Below, one piece after another: positions 12,144 through 27,638 of a DNA stretch of 64,000 nt; the stretch's first letter is position 1; the number at the start of each line of letters is the position of its first letter. The notes under the pieces are model-generated. The model was not told the DNA's origin, ran no database searches, and was given only the letters and a program-made list of their open reading frames with translations. Origin of the DNA: Auanema rhodensis (taxonomy: Eukaryota > Animalia > Nematoda); NCBI GenBank assembly GCA_964057225.1, contig CAXKVF010000077.1:124001-188000 (forward strand), given 5' to 3'. The position numbers and the translations under genes are program-made.

Positions 12144-13903
12144 ACCAAGTGCACATCACGTGTACATTTAATTAGCATAAATTAAAGTTCACGTAAATTT
12201 CAAAGTCATGGTTACCATGAACCAATATCAATAAAAATTTGTTTTTAGACTAATATGGACACGGGGAATCTAATTTTGAAAACCGCATCTCTTTATCTTT
12301 CACGTGAAGCGAGTTACATACCAAGTGCACATCACGTGTACATTTAATTAGCATAAATTAAAGTTCACGTAAATTTCAAAGTCATGGTTACCATGCACCA
12401 ATATCAATAAAAATTTGTTTTTAGACTAATATGGACATGGGGAATCTAATTTTGAAAACCGCATCTCTTTATCTTTCACGTGAAGCGAGTTACATACCAA
12501 GTGCACATCACGTGTACATTTAATTAGCATAAATTAAAGTTCACGTAAATTTCAAAGTCATGGTTACCATGCACCAATATCAATAAAAATTTGTTTTTAG
12601 ACTAATATGGACATGGGGAATCTAATTTTGAAAACCGCATCTCTTTATCTTTCACGTGAAGCGAGTTATATACCAAGTGCACATCACGTGTACATTTAAT
12701 TAGCATAAATTAAAGTTCACGTAACTTTCAAAGTCATGGTTACCATGCACCAATATCAATAAAAATTTGTTTTTAGACTAATATGGACATGGGGAATCTA
12801 ATTTTGAAAACCGCATCTCTTTATATTTCACGTGAAGCGAGTTACATACCAAGTGCACATCACGTGTACATTTAATTAGCATAAATTAAAGTTCACGTAA
12901 ATTTCAAAGTCATGGTTACCATGAACCAATATCAATAAAAATTTGTTTTTAGACTAATATGGACATGGGGAATCTAATTTTGAAAACCGCATCTCTTTAT
13001 CTTTCACGTGAAGCGAGTTACATACCAAGTGCACATCACGTGTACATTTAATTAGCATAAATTAAAGTTCACGTAAATTTCAAAGTCATGGTTACCATGA
13101 ACCAATATCAATAAAAATTTGTTTTTAGACTAATATGGACACGGGGAATCTAATTTTGAAAACCGCATCTCTTTATCTTTCACGTGAAGCGAGTTACATA
13201 CCAAGTGCACATCACGTGTACATTTAATTAGCATAAATTAAAGTTCACGTAAATTTCAAAGTCATGGTTACCATGCACCAATATCAATAAAAATTTGTTT
13301 TTAGACTAATATGGACATGGGGAATCTAATTTTGAAAACCGCATCTCTTTATCTTTCACGTGAAGCGAGTTACATACCAAGTGCACATCACGTGTACATT
13401 TAATTAGCATAAATTAAAGTTCACGTAAATTTCAAAGTCATGGTTACCATGCACCAATATCAATAAAAATTTGTTTTTAGACTAATATGGACATGGGGAA
13501 TCTAATTTTGAAAACCGCATCTCTTTATCTTTCACGTGAAGCGAGTTACATACCAAGTGCACATCACGTGTACATTTAATTAGCATAAATTAAAGTTCAC
13601 GTAACTTTCAAAGTCATGGTTACCATGCACCAATATCAATAAAAATTTGTTTTTAGACTAATATGGACATGGGGAATCTAATTTTGAAAACCGCATCTCT
13701 TTATCTTTCACGTGAAGCGAGTTACATACCAAGTGCACATCACGTGTACATTTAATTAGCATAAATTAAAGTTCACGTAAATTTCAAAGTCATGGTTACC
13801 ATGAACCAATATCAATAAAAATTTGTTTTTAGACTAATATGGACATGGGGAATCTAATTTTGAAAACCGCATCTCTTTATCTTTCACGTGAAGCGAGTTA
13901 CAT
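12144..13903. repeat. Tandem 5-monomer duplication (M70-74 and M75-79)
   Basis: The private T119C variant (GACACGGGG) and A54C repeat at an 880-bp offset. Confidence 0.8.
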
Positions 13904-16014
13904 ACCAAGTGCACATCACGTGTACATTTAATTAGCATAAATTAAAGTTCACGTAAATTTCAAAGTCATGGTTACCATGCACCAATATCAATAAAAATTT
14001 GTTTTTAAACTAATATGGACATGGGGAATCTAATTTTGAAAACCGCATCTCTTTATCTTTCACGTGAAGCGAGTTACATACCAAGTGCACATCACGTGTA
14101 CATTTAATTAGCATAAATTAAAGTTCACGTAAATTTCAAAGTCATGGTTACCATGCACCAATATCAATAAAAATTTGTTTTTAGACTAATATGGACATGG
14201 GGAATCTAATTTTGAAAACCGCATCTCTTTATCTTTCACGTGAAGCGAGTTACATACCAAGTGCACATCACGTGTACATTTAATTAGCATAAATTAAAGT
14301 TCACGTAAATTTCAAAGTCATGGTTACCATGCACCAATATCAATAAAAATTTGTTTTAAACTAATATGGACATGGGGAATCTAATTTTGGAAACCGCATC
14401 TCTTTATCTTTCACGTGAAGCGAGTTACATACCAAGTGCACATCACGTGTACATTTAATTAGCATAAATTAAAGTTCACGTAAATTTCAAAGTCATGGTT
14501 ACCATGAACCAATATCAATAAAAATTTGTTTTGAAACTAATATGGACATGGGGAATCTAATTTTGAAAACCGCATCTCTTTATCTTTCACGTGAAGCGAG
14601 TTACATACCAAGTGCACATCACGTGTACATTTAATTAGCATAAATTAAAGTTCACGTAAATTTCAAAGTCATGGTTACCATGCACCAATATCAATAAAAA
14701 TTTGTTTTCAGACTAATATGGACATGGGGAATCTAATTTTGAAAACCGCATCTCTTTATCTTTCACGTGAAGCGAGTTACATACCAAGTGCACATCACGT
14801 GTACATTTAATTAGCATAAATTAAAGTTCACGTAAATTTCAAAGTCATGGTTACCATGAACCAATATCAATAAAAATTTGTTTTTAGACTAATATGAACA
14901 TGGGGAATCTAATTTTGAAAACCGCATCTCTTTATCTTTCACGTGAAGCGAGTTACATACCAAGTGCACATCACGTGTACATTTAATTAGCATAAATTAA
15001 AGTTCACGTAAATTTCAAAGTCATGGTTACCATGAACCAATATCAATAAAAATTTGTTTTTAGACTAATATGGACATGGGGAATCTAATTTTGAAAACCG
15101 CATTTCTTTATCTTTCACGTGAAGCGAGTTACATACCAAGTGCACATCACGTGTACATTTAATTAGCATAAATTAAAGTTCACGTAAAATTCAAAGTCAT
15201 GGTTACCATGCACCAATATCAATAAAAATTTGTTTTTAGACTAATATGGACATGGGGAATCTAATTTTGAAAACCGCATCTCTTTATCTTTCACGTGAAG
15301 CGAGTTACATACCAAGTGCACATCACGTGTACATTTAATTAGCATAAATTAAAGTTCACGTAAATTTCAAAGTCATGGTTACCATGAACCAATATCAATA
15401 AAAATTTGTTTTTAGACTAATATGGACATGGGGAATCTAATTTTGAAAACCGCATCTCTTTATCTTTCACGTGAAGCGAGTTACATACCAAGTGCACATC
15501 ACGTGTACATTTAATTAGCATAAATTAAAGTTCACGTAAATTTCAAAGTCATGGTTACCATGCACCAATATCAATAAAAATTTGTTTTTAAACTAATATT
15601 GACATGGGGAATCTAATTTTGAAAACCGCATCTCTTTATCTTTCACGTGAAGCGAGTTACATACCAAGTGCACATCACGTGTACATTTAATTAGCATAAA
15701 TTAAAGTTCACGTAAATTTCAAAGTCATGGTTACCATGCACCAATATCAATAAAAATTTGTTTTTAGACTAATATGGACATGGGGAATCTAATTTTGAAA
15801 ACCGCATCTCTTTATCTTTCACGTGAAGCGAGTTACATACCAAGTGCACATCACGTGTACATTTAATTAGCATAAATTAAAGTTCACGTAAATTTCAAAG
15901 TCATGGTTACCATGAACCAATATCAATAAAAATTTGTTTTTAGACTAATATGGACATGGGGAATCTAATTTTGAAAACCGCATCTCTTTATCTTTCACGT
16001 GAAGCGAGTTACAT

Positions 16015-18478
16015 ACCAAGTGCACATCACGTGTACATTTAATTAGCATAAATTAAAGTTCACGTAAATTTCAAAGTCATGGTTACCATGAACCAATATC
16101 AATAAAAATTTGTTTTTAGACTAATATGGACATGGGGAATCTAATTTTGAAAACCGCATCTCTTTATCTTTCACGTGAAGCGAGTTACATACCAAGTGCA
16201 CATCACGTGTACATTTAATTAGCATAAATTAAAGTTCACGTAACTTTCAAAGTCATGGTTACCATGCACCAATATCAATAAAAATTTGTTTTTAGACTAA
16301 TATGGACATGGGGAATCTAATTTTCAAAACCGCATCTCTTTATCTTTCACGTGAAGCGAGTTACATACCAAGTGCACATCACGTGTACATTTAATTAGCA
16401 TAAATTAAAGTTCACGTAAATTTCAAAGTCATGGTTACCATGCACCAATATCAATAAAAATTTGTTTTTAGACTAATATGGACATGGGGAATCTAATTTT
16501 GAAAACCGCATCTCTTTATCTTTCACGTGAAGCGAGTTACATACCAAGTGCACATCACGTGTACATTTAATTAGCATAAATTAAAGTTCACGTAAATTTC
16601 AAAGTCATGGTTACCATGAACCAATATCAATAAAAATTCGTTTTTAGACTAATATGGACATGGGGAATCTAATTTTGAAAACCGCATCTCTTTATCTTTC
16701 ACGTGAAGCGAGTTACATACCAAGTGCACGTCACGTGTACATTTAATTAGCATAAATTAAAGTTCACGTAAATTTCAAAGTCATGGTTACCATGCACCAA
16801 TATCAATAAAAATTTGTTTTTAGACTAATATGGACATGGGGAATCTAATTTTGAAAACCGCATCTCTTTATCTTTCACGTGAAGCGAGTTACATACCAAG
16901 TGCACATCACGTGTACATTTAATTAGCATAAATTAAAGTTCACGTAAATTTCAAAGTCATGGTTACCATGAACCAATATCAATAAAAATTTGTTTTTAGA
17001 CTAATATGGACATGGGGAATCTAATTTTGAAAACCGCATCTCTTTATCTTTCACGTGAAGCGAGTTACATACCAAGTGCACATCACGTGTACATTTAATT
17101 AGCATAAATTAAAGTTCACGTAAATTTCAAAGTCATGGTTACCATGCACCAATATCAATAAAAATTTGTTTTTAGACTAATATGGACATGGGGAATCTAA
17201 TTTTGAAAACCGCATCTCTTTATCTTTCACGTGAAGCGAGTTACATACCAAGTGCACATCACGTGTACATTTAATTAGCATAAATTAAAGTTCACGTAAA
17301 TTTCAAAGTCATGGTTACCATGAACCAATATCAATAAAAATTTGTTTTTAGACTAATATGGACATGGGGAATCTAATTTTGAAAACCGCATCTCTTTATC
17401 TTTCACGTGAAGCGAGTTACATACCAAGTGCACATCACGTGTACATTTAATTAGCATAAATTAAAGTTCACGTAACTTTCAAAGTCATGGTTACCATGCA
17501 CCAATATCAATAAAAATTTGTTTTTAGACTAATATGGACATGGGGAATCTAATTTTCAAAACCGCATCTCTTTATCTTTCACGTGAAGCGAGTTACATAC
17601 CAAGTGCACATCACGTGTACATTTAATTAGCATAAATTAAAGTTCACGTAAATTTCAAAGTCATGGTTACCATGCACCAATATCAATAAAAATTTGTTTT
17701 TAGACTAATATGGACATGGGGAATCTAATTTTGAAAACCGCATCTCTTTATCTTTCACGTGAAGCGAGTTACATACCAAGTGCACATCACGTGTACATTT
17801 AATTAGCATAAATTAAAGTTCACGTAAATTTCAAAGTCATGGTTACCATGAACCAATATCAATAAAAATTCGTTTTTAGACTAATATGGACATGGGGAAT
17901 CTAATTTTGAAAACCGCATCTCTTTATCTTTCACGTGAAGCGAGTTACATACCAAGTGCACATCACGTGTACATTTAATTAGCATAAATTAAAGTTCACG
18001 TAAATTTCAAAGTCATGGTTACCATGCACCAATATCAATAAAAATTTGTTTTTAGACTAATATGGACATGGGGAATCTAATTTTGAAAACCGCATCTCTT
18101 TATCTTTCACGTGAAGCGAGTTACATACCAAGTGCACATCACGTGTACATTTAATTAGCATAAATTAAAGTTCACGTAAATTTCAAAGTCATGGTTACCA
18201 TGAACCAATATCAATAAAAATTTGTTTTTAGACTAATATGGACATGGGGAATCTAATTTTGAAAACCGCATCTCTTTATCTTTCACGTGAAGCGAGTTAC
18301 ATACCAAGTGCACATCACGTGTACATTTAATTAGCATAAATTAAAGTTCACGTAAATTTCAAAGTCATGGTTACCATGCACCAATATCAATAAAAATTTG
18401 TTTTTAGACTAATATGGACATGGGGAATCTAATTTTGAAAACCGCATCTCTTTATCTTTCACGTGAAGCGAGTTACAT
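16015..18478. repeat. Tandem 7-monomer duplication (M92-98 and M99-105)
   Basis: A54C+G135C and T97C repeat at a 1232-bp offset; one difference seen (A12G in M96). Confidence 0.85.
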
Positions 18479-21400
18479 ACCAAGTGCACATCACGTGTAC
18501 ATTTAATTAGCATAAATTAAAGTTCACGTAAATTTCAAAGTCATGGTTACCATGCACCAATATCAATAAAAATTTGTTTTCAGACTAATATGGACATGGG
18601 GAATCTAATTTTGAAAACCGCATCTCTTTATCTTTCACGTGAAGCGAGTTACATACCAAGTGCACATCACGTGTACATTTAATTAGCATAAATTAAAGTT
18701 CACGTAAATTTCAAAGTCATGGTTACCATGAACCAATATCAATAAAAATTTGTTTATAGACTAATATGGACATGGGGAATCTAATTTTGAAAACTGCATC
18801 TCTTCATCTTTCACGTGAAGCGAGTTACATACCAAGTGCACATCACGTGTACATTTAATTAGCATAAATTAAAGTTCACGTAAATTTCAAAGTCATGGTT
18901 ACCATGCACCAATATCAATAAAAATTTGTTTTTAGACTAATATGGACATGGGGAATCTAATTTTGAAAACCGCATCTCTTTATCTTTCACGTGAAGCGAG
19001 TTACATACCAAGTGCACATCACGTGTACATTTAATTAGCATAAATTAAAGTTCACGTAAATTTCAAAGTCATGGTTACCATGCACCAATATCAATAAAAA
19101 TTTGTTTTTAGACTAATATGGACATGGGGAATCTAATTTTGAAAACCGCATCTCTTTATCTTTCACGTGAAGCGAGTTACATACCAAGTGCACATCACGT
19201 GTACATTTAATTAGCATAAATTAAAGTTCACGTAAATTTCAAAGTCATGGTTACCATGAACCAATATCAATAAAAATTTGTTTTTAGACTAATATGGACA
19301 TGGGGAATCTAATTTTGAAAACCGCATCTCTTTATCTTTCACGTGAAGCGAGTTACATACCAAGTGCACATCACGTATACATTTAATTAGCATAAATTAA
19401 AGTTCACGTAAATTTCAAAGTCATGGTTACCATGAACCAATATCAATAAAATTTTTTTTTTAGACTAATATGGACATGGGGAATCTAATTTTGAAAACCG
19501 CATCTCTTTATCTTTCACGTGAAGCGAGTTACATACCAAGTACACATCACGTGTACATTTAATTAGCATAAATTAAAGTTCACGTAAATTTCAAAGTCAT
19601 GGTTACCATGCACCAATATCAATAAAAATTTGTTTTTAGACTAATATGGACATGGGGAATCTAATTTTGAAAACCGCATCTCTTTATCGTTCACGTGAAG
19701 CGAGTTACATACCAAGTGCACATCACGTGTACATTTAATTAGCATAAATTAAAGTTCACGTAAATTTCAAAGTCATGGTTACCATGCACCAATATCAATA
19801 AAAATTTGTTTTTAGACTAATATGGACATGGGGAATCTAATTTTGGAAACCGCATCTCTTCATCTTTCACGTGAAGCGAGTTACATACCAAGTGCACATC
19901 ACGTGTACATTTAATTAGCATAAATTAAAGTTCACGTAAATTTCAAAGTCATGGTTACCATGCACCAATATCAATAAAAATTTGTTTTTAGACTAATATG
20001 GACATGGGGAATCTAATTTTGAAAACCGCATCTCTTTATCTTTCACGTGAAGCGAGTTACATACCAAGTGCACATCACGTGTACATTTAATTAGCATAAA
20101 TTAAAGTTCACGTAAATTTCAAAGTCATGGTTACCATGAACCAATATCAATAAAAATTTGTTTTTAGACTAATATGGACATGGGGAATCTAATTTTGAAA
20201 ACCGCATCTCTTTATCTTTCACGTGAAGCGAGTTACATACCAAGTGCACATCACGTGTACATTTAATTAGCATAAATTAAAGTTCACGTAAATTTCAAAG
20301 TCATGGTTACCATGCACCAATATCAATAAAAATTTGTTTTTAGACTAATATGGACATGGGGAATCTAATTTTGAAAACCGCATCTCTTTATCTTTCACGT
20401 GAAGCGAGTTACATACCAAGTGCACATCACGTGTACATTTAATTAGCATAAATTAAAGTTCACGTAAATTTCAAAGTCATGGTTACCATGAACCAATATC
20501 AATAAAAATTTGTTTTTAGACTAATATGGACATGGGGAATCTAATTTTGAAAACCGCATCTCTTTATCTTTCACGTGAAGCGAGTTACATACCAAGTGCA
20601 CATCACGTGTACATTTAATTAGCATAAATTAAAGTTAACGTAAATTTCAAAGTCATGGTTACCATGCACCAATATCAATAAAAATTTGTTTTTAGACTAA
20701 TATGGACATGGGGAATCTAATTTTGAAAACCGCATCTCTTTTTCTTTCACGTGAAGCGAGTTACATACCAAGTGCACATCACGTGTACATTTAATTAGCA
20801 TAAATTAAAGTTCACGTAAATTTCAAAGTCATGGTTACCATGCACCAATATCAATAAAATTTTGTTTTTAGACTAATATGGACATGGGGAATCTAATTTT
20901 GAAAACCGCATCTCTTCATCTTTCACGTGAAGCGAGTTACATACCAAGTGCACATCACGTGTACATTTAATTAGCATAAATTAAAGTTCACGTAAATTTC
21001 AAAGTCATGGTTACCATGCACCAATATCAATAAAAATTTGTTTTTAGACTAATATGGACATGGGGAATCTAATTTTGAAAACCGCATCTCTTTATCTTTC
21101 ACGTGAAGCGAGTTACATACCAAGTGCACATCACGTGTACATTTAATTAGCATAAATTAAAGTTCACGTAAATTTCAAAGTCATGGTTACCATGCACCAA
21201 TATCAATAAAAATTTGTTTTTAGACTAATATAGACATGGGGAATCTAATTTTGAAAATCGCATCTCTTCATCTTTCACGTGAAGCGAGTTACATACCAAG
21301 TGCACATCACGTGTACATTTAATTAGCATAAATTAAAGTTCACGTAAATTTCAAAGTCATGGTTACCATGCACCAATATCAATAAAAATTTGTTTTTAGA

Positions 21401-22350
21401 CTAATATGGACATGGGGAATCTAATTTTGAAAACCGCATCTCTTTATCTTTCACGTGAAGCGAGTTACATACCAAGTGCACATCACGTGTACATTTAATT
21501 AGCATAAATTAAAGTTCACGTAAATTTCAAAGTCATGGTTACCATGCACCAATATCAATAAAAATTTGTTTTTAGACTAATATGGACATGGGGAATCTAA
21601 TTTTGAAAACCGCATCTCTTTATCTTTCACGTGAAGCGAGTTACATACCAAGTGCACATCACGTGTACATTTAATTAGCATAAATTAAAGTTCACGTAAA
21701 TTTCAAAGTCATGGTTACCATGCACCAATATCAATAAAAATTTGTTTTTAGACTAATATGGACATGGGGAATCTAATTTTGAAAACCGCATCTCTTTATC
21801 TTTCACGTGAAGCGAGTTACATACCAAGTGCACATCACGTGTACATTTAATTAGCATAAATTAAAGTTCACGTAAATTTCAAAGTCATGGTTACCATGCA
21901 CCAATATCAATAAAAATTTGTTTTTAGACTAATATGGACATGGGGAATCTAATTTTGAAAACCGCATCTCTTTATCTTTCACGTGAAGCGAGTTACATAC
22001 CAAGTGCACATCACGTGTACATTTAATTAGCATAAATTAAAGTTCACGTAAATTTCAAAGTCATGGTTACCATGCACCAATATCAATAAAAATTTGTTTT
22101 TAGACTAATATGGACATGGGGAATCTAATTTTGAAAACCGCATCTCTTTATCTTTCACGTGAAGCGAGTTACATACCAAGTACACATCACGTGTACATTT
22201 AATTAGCATAAATTAAAGTTCACGTAAATTTCAAAGTCATGGTTACCATGCACCAATATCAATAAAAATTTGTTTTTAGACTAATATGGACATGGGGAAT
22301 CTAATTTTGAAAACCGCATCTCTTTATCGTTCACGTGAAGCGAGTTACAT

Positions 22351-24110
22351 ACCAAGTGCACATCACGTGTACATTTAATTAGCATAAATTAAAGTTCACG
22401 TAAATTTCAAAGTCATGGTTACCATGCACCAATATCAATAAAAATTTGTTTTTAGACTAATATGGACATGGGGAATCTAATTTTGGAAACCGCATCTCTT
22501 CATCTTTCACGTGAAGCGAGTTACATACCAAGTGCACATCACGTGTACATTTAATTAGCATAAATTAAAGTTCACGTAAATTTCAAAGTCATGGTTACCA
22601 TGCACCAATATCAATAAAAATTTGTTTTTAGACTAATATGGACATGGGGAATCTAATTTTGAAAACCGCATCTCTTTATCTTTCACGTGAAGCGAGTTAC
22701 ATACCAAGTGCACATCACGTGTACATTTAATTAGCATAAATTAAAGTTCACGTAAATTTCAAAGTCATGGTTACCATGAACCAATATCAATAAAAATTTG
22801 TTTTTAGACTAATATGGACATGGGGAATCTAATTTTGAAAACCGCATCTCTTTATCTTTCACGTGAAGCGAGTTACATACCAAGTGCACATCACGTGTAC
22901 ATTTAATTAGCATAAATTAAAGTTCACGTAAATTTCAAAGTCATGGTTACCATGAACCAATATCAATAAAAATTTGTTTTTAGACTAATATGGACATGGG
23001 GAATCTAATTTTGAAAACTGCATCTCTTCATCTTTCACGTGAAGCGAGTTACATACCAAGTGCACATCACGTGTACATTTAATTAGCATAAATTAAAGTT
23101 CACGTAAATTTCAAAGTCATGGTTACCATGCACCAATATCAATAAAAATTTGTTTTTAGACTAATATGGACATGGGGAATCTAATTTTGAAAACCGCATC
23201 TCTTTATCTTTCACGTGAAGCGAGTTACATACCAAGTGCACATCACGTGTACATTTAATTAGCATAAATTAAAGTTCACGTAAATTTCAAAGTCATGGTT
23301 ACCATGCACCAATATCAATAAAAATTTGTTTTTAGACTAATATGGACATGGGGAATCTAATTTTGGAAACCGCATCTCTTCATCTTTCACGTGAAGCGAG
23401 TTACATACCAAGTGCACATCACGTGTACATTTAATTAGCATAAATTAAAGTTCACGTAAATTTCAAAGTCATGGTTACCATGCACCAATATCAATAAAAA
23501 TTTGTTTTTAGACTAATATGGACATGGGGAATCTAATTTTGAAAACCGCATCTCTTTATCTTTCACGTGAAGCGAGTTACATACCAAGTGCACATCACGT
23601 GTACATTTAATTAGCATAAATTAAAGTTCACGTAAATTTCAAAGTCATGGTTACCATGAACCAATATCAATAAAAATTTGTTTTTAGACTAATATGGACA
23701 TGGGGAATCTAATTTTGAAAACCGCATCTCTTTATCTTTCACGTGAAGCGAGTTACATACCAAGTGCACATCACGTGTACATTTAATTAGCATAAATTAA
23801 AGTTCACGTAAATTTCAAAGTCATGGTTACCATGAACCAATATCAATAAAAATTTGTTTTTAGACTAATATGGACATGGGGAATCTAATTTTGAAAACTG
23901 CATCTCTTCATCTTTCACGTGAAGCGAGTTACATACCAAGTGCACATCACGTGTACATTTAATTAGCATAAATTAAAGTTCACGTAAATTTCAAAGTCAT
24001 GGTTACCATGCACCAATATCAATAAAAATTTGTTTTTAGACTAATATGGACATGGGGAATCTAATTTTGAAAACCGCATCTCTTTATCTTTCACGTGAAG
24101 CGAGTTACAT
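22351..24110. repeat. Tandem 5-monomer duplication (M128-132 and M133-137)
   Basis: A136G+T151C and C141T+T151C repeat at an 880-bp offset. Confidence 0.8.
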
Positions 24111-27100
24111 ACCAAGTGCACATCACGTGTACATTTAATTAGCATAAATTAAAGTTCACGTAAATTTCAAAGTCATGGTTACCATGCACCAATATCAATA
24201 AAAATTTGTTTTTAGACTAATATGGACATGGGGAATCTAATTTTGAAAACCGCATCTCTTTATCTTTCACGTGAAGCGAGTTACATACCAAGTGCACATC
24301 ACGTGTACATTTAATTAGCATAAATTAAAGTTCACGTAAATTTCAAAGTCATGGTTACCATGCACCAATATCAATAAAAATTTGTTTTTAGACTAATATG
24401 GACATGGGGAATCTAATTTTGAAAACCGCATCTCTTTATCTTTCACGTGAAGCGAGTTACATACCAAGTGCACATCACGTGTACATTTAATTAGCATAAA
24501 TTAAAGTTCACGTAAATTTCAAAGTCATGGTTACCATGAACCAATATCAATAAAAATTTGTTTTTAGACTAATATGGACATGGGGAATCTAATTTTGAAA
24601 ACCGCATCTCTTTATCTTTCACGTGAAGCGAGTTACATACCAAGTGCACATCACGTGTACATTTAATTAGCATAAATTAAAGTTCACGTAAATTTCAAAG
24701 TCATGGTTACCATGCACCAATATCAATAAAAATTTGTTTTTAGACTAATATGGACATGGGGAATCTAATTTTGAAAACCGCATCTCTTTATCTTTCACGT
24801 GAAGCGAGTTACATACCAAGTGCACATCACGTGTACATTTAATTAGCATAAATTAAAGTTCACGTAAATTTCAAAGTCATGGTTACCATGAACCAATATC
24901 AATAAAAATTTGTTTTTAGACTAATATGGACATGGGGAATCTAATTTTGAAAACCGCATCTCTTTATCTTTCACGTGAAGCGAGTTACATACCAAGTGCA
25001 CATCACGTGTACATTTAATTAGCATAAATTAAAGTTCACGTAAATTTCAAAGTCATGGTTACCATGCACCAATATCAATAAAAATTTGTTTTTAGACTAA
25101 TATGGACATGGGAAATCTAATTTTGAAAACCGCATCTCTTTATCTTTCACGTGAAGCGAGTTACATACCAAGTGCACATCACGTGTACATTTAATTAGCA
25201 TAAATTAAAGTTCACGTAAATTTCAAAGTCATGGTTACCATGCACCAATATCAATAAAATTTTGTTTTTAGACTAATATGGACATGGGGAATCTAATTTT
25301 GAAAACCGCATCTCTTCATCTTTCACGTGAAGCGAGTTACATACCAAGTGCACATCACGTGTACATTTAATTAGCATAAATTAAAGTTCACGTAAATTTC
25401 AAAGTCATGGTTACCATGCACCAATATCAATAAAAATTTGTTTTTAGACTAATATGGACATGGGGAATCTAATTTTGAAAACCGCATCTCTTTATCTTTC
25501 ACGTGAAGCGAGTTACATACCAAGTGCACATCACGTGTACATTTAATTAGCATAAATTAAAGTTCACGTAAATTTCAAAGTCATGGTTACCATGCACCAA
25601 TATCAATAAAAATTTGTTTTTAGACTAATATAGACATGGGGAATCTAATTTTGAAAATCGCATCTCTTCATCTTTCACGTGAAGCGAGTTACATACCAAG
25701 TGCACATCACGTGTACATTTAATTAGCATAAATTAAAGTTCACGTAAAATTCAAAGTCATGGTTACCATGCACCAATATCAATAAAAATTTGTTTTTAGA
25801 CTAATATGGACATGGGGAATCTAATTTTGAAAACCGCATCTCTTTATCTTTCACGTGAAGCGAGTTACATACCAAGTGCACATCACGTGTACATTTAATT
25901 AGCATAAATTAAAGTTCACGTAAATTTCAAAGTCATGGTTACCATGAACCAATATCAATAAAAATTTGTTTTTAGACTAATATGGACATGGGGAATCTAA
26001 TTTTGGAAACCGCATCTCTTTATCTTTCACGTGAAGCGAGTTACATACCAAGTGCACATCACGTGTACATTTAATTAGCATAAATTAAAGTTCACGTAAA
26101 TTTCAAAGTCATGGTTACCATGAACCAATATCAATAAAAATTTGTTTTTAGACTAATATGGACATGGGGAATCTAATTTTGAAAACCGCATCTCTTTATC
26201 TTTCACGTGAAACGAGTTACATACCAAGTGCACATCACGTGTACATTTAATTAGCATAAATTAAAGTTCACGTAAATTTCAAAGTCATGGTTACCATGAA
26301 CCAATATCAATAAAAATTTGTTTTTAGACTAATATGGACATGGGGAATCTAATTTTGAAAACTGCATCTCTTCATCTTTCACGTGAAGCGAGTTACATAC
26401 CAAGTGCACATCACGTGTACATTTAATTAGCATAAATTAAAGTTCACGTAAATTTCAAAGTCATGGTTACCATGCACCAATATCAATAAAAATTTGTTTT
26501 TAGACTAATATGGACATGGGGAATCTAATTTTGAAAACCGCATCTCTTTATCTTTCACGTGAAGCGAGTTACATACCAAGTGCACATCACGTGTACATTT
26601 AATTAGCATAAATTAAAGTTCACGTAAATTTCAAAGTCATGGTTACCATGCACCAATATCAATAAAAATTTGTTTTTAGACTAATATGGACATGGGGAAT
26701 CTAATTTTGAAAACCGCATCTCTTTATCTTTCACGTGAAGCGAGTTACATACCAAGTGCACATCACGTGTACATTTAATTAGCATAAATTAAAGTTCACG
26801 TAAATTTCAAAGTCATGGTTACCATGAACCAATATCAATAAAAATTTGTTTTTAGACTAATATGGACATGGGGAATCTAATTTTGAAAACCGCATCTCTT
26901 TATCTTTCACGTGAAGCGAGTTACATACCAAGTGCTTATCACGTATACATTTAATTAGCATAAATTAAAGTTCACGTAAATTTCAAAGTCATGGTTACCA
27001 TGAACCAATATCAATAAAAATTTGTTTTTAGACTAATATGGACATGGGGAATCTAATTTTGAAAACCGCATCTCTTTATCTTTCACGTGAAGCGAGTTAC

Positions 27101-27638
27101 ATACCAAGTACACATCACGTGTACATTTAATTAGCATAAATTAAAGTTCACGTAAATTTCAAAGTCATGGTTACCATGCACCAATATCAATAAAAATTTG
27201 TTTTTAGACTAATATGGACATGGGGAATCTAATTTTGAAAACCGCATCTCTTTATCGTTCACGTGAAGCGAGTTACATACCAAGTGCACATCACGTGTAC
27301 ATTTAATTAGCATAAATTAAAGTTCACGTAAATTTCAAAGTCATGGTTACCATGCACCAATATCAATAAAAATTTGTTTTTAGACTAATATGGACATGGG
27401 GAATCTAATTTTGAAAACCGCATCTCTTTATCTTTCACGTGAAGCGAGTTACATACCAAGTGCACATCACGTATACATTTAATTAGCATAAATTAAAGTT
27501 CACGTAAATTTCAAAGTCATGGTTACCATGAACCAATATCAATAAAAATTTGTTTTTAGACTAATATGGACATGGGGAATCTAATTTTGAAAACCGCATC
27601 TCTTTATCTTTCACGTGAAGCGAGTTACATACCAAGTA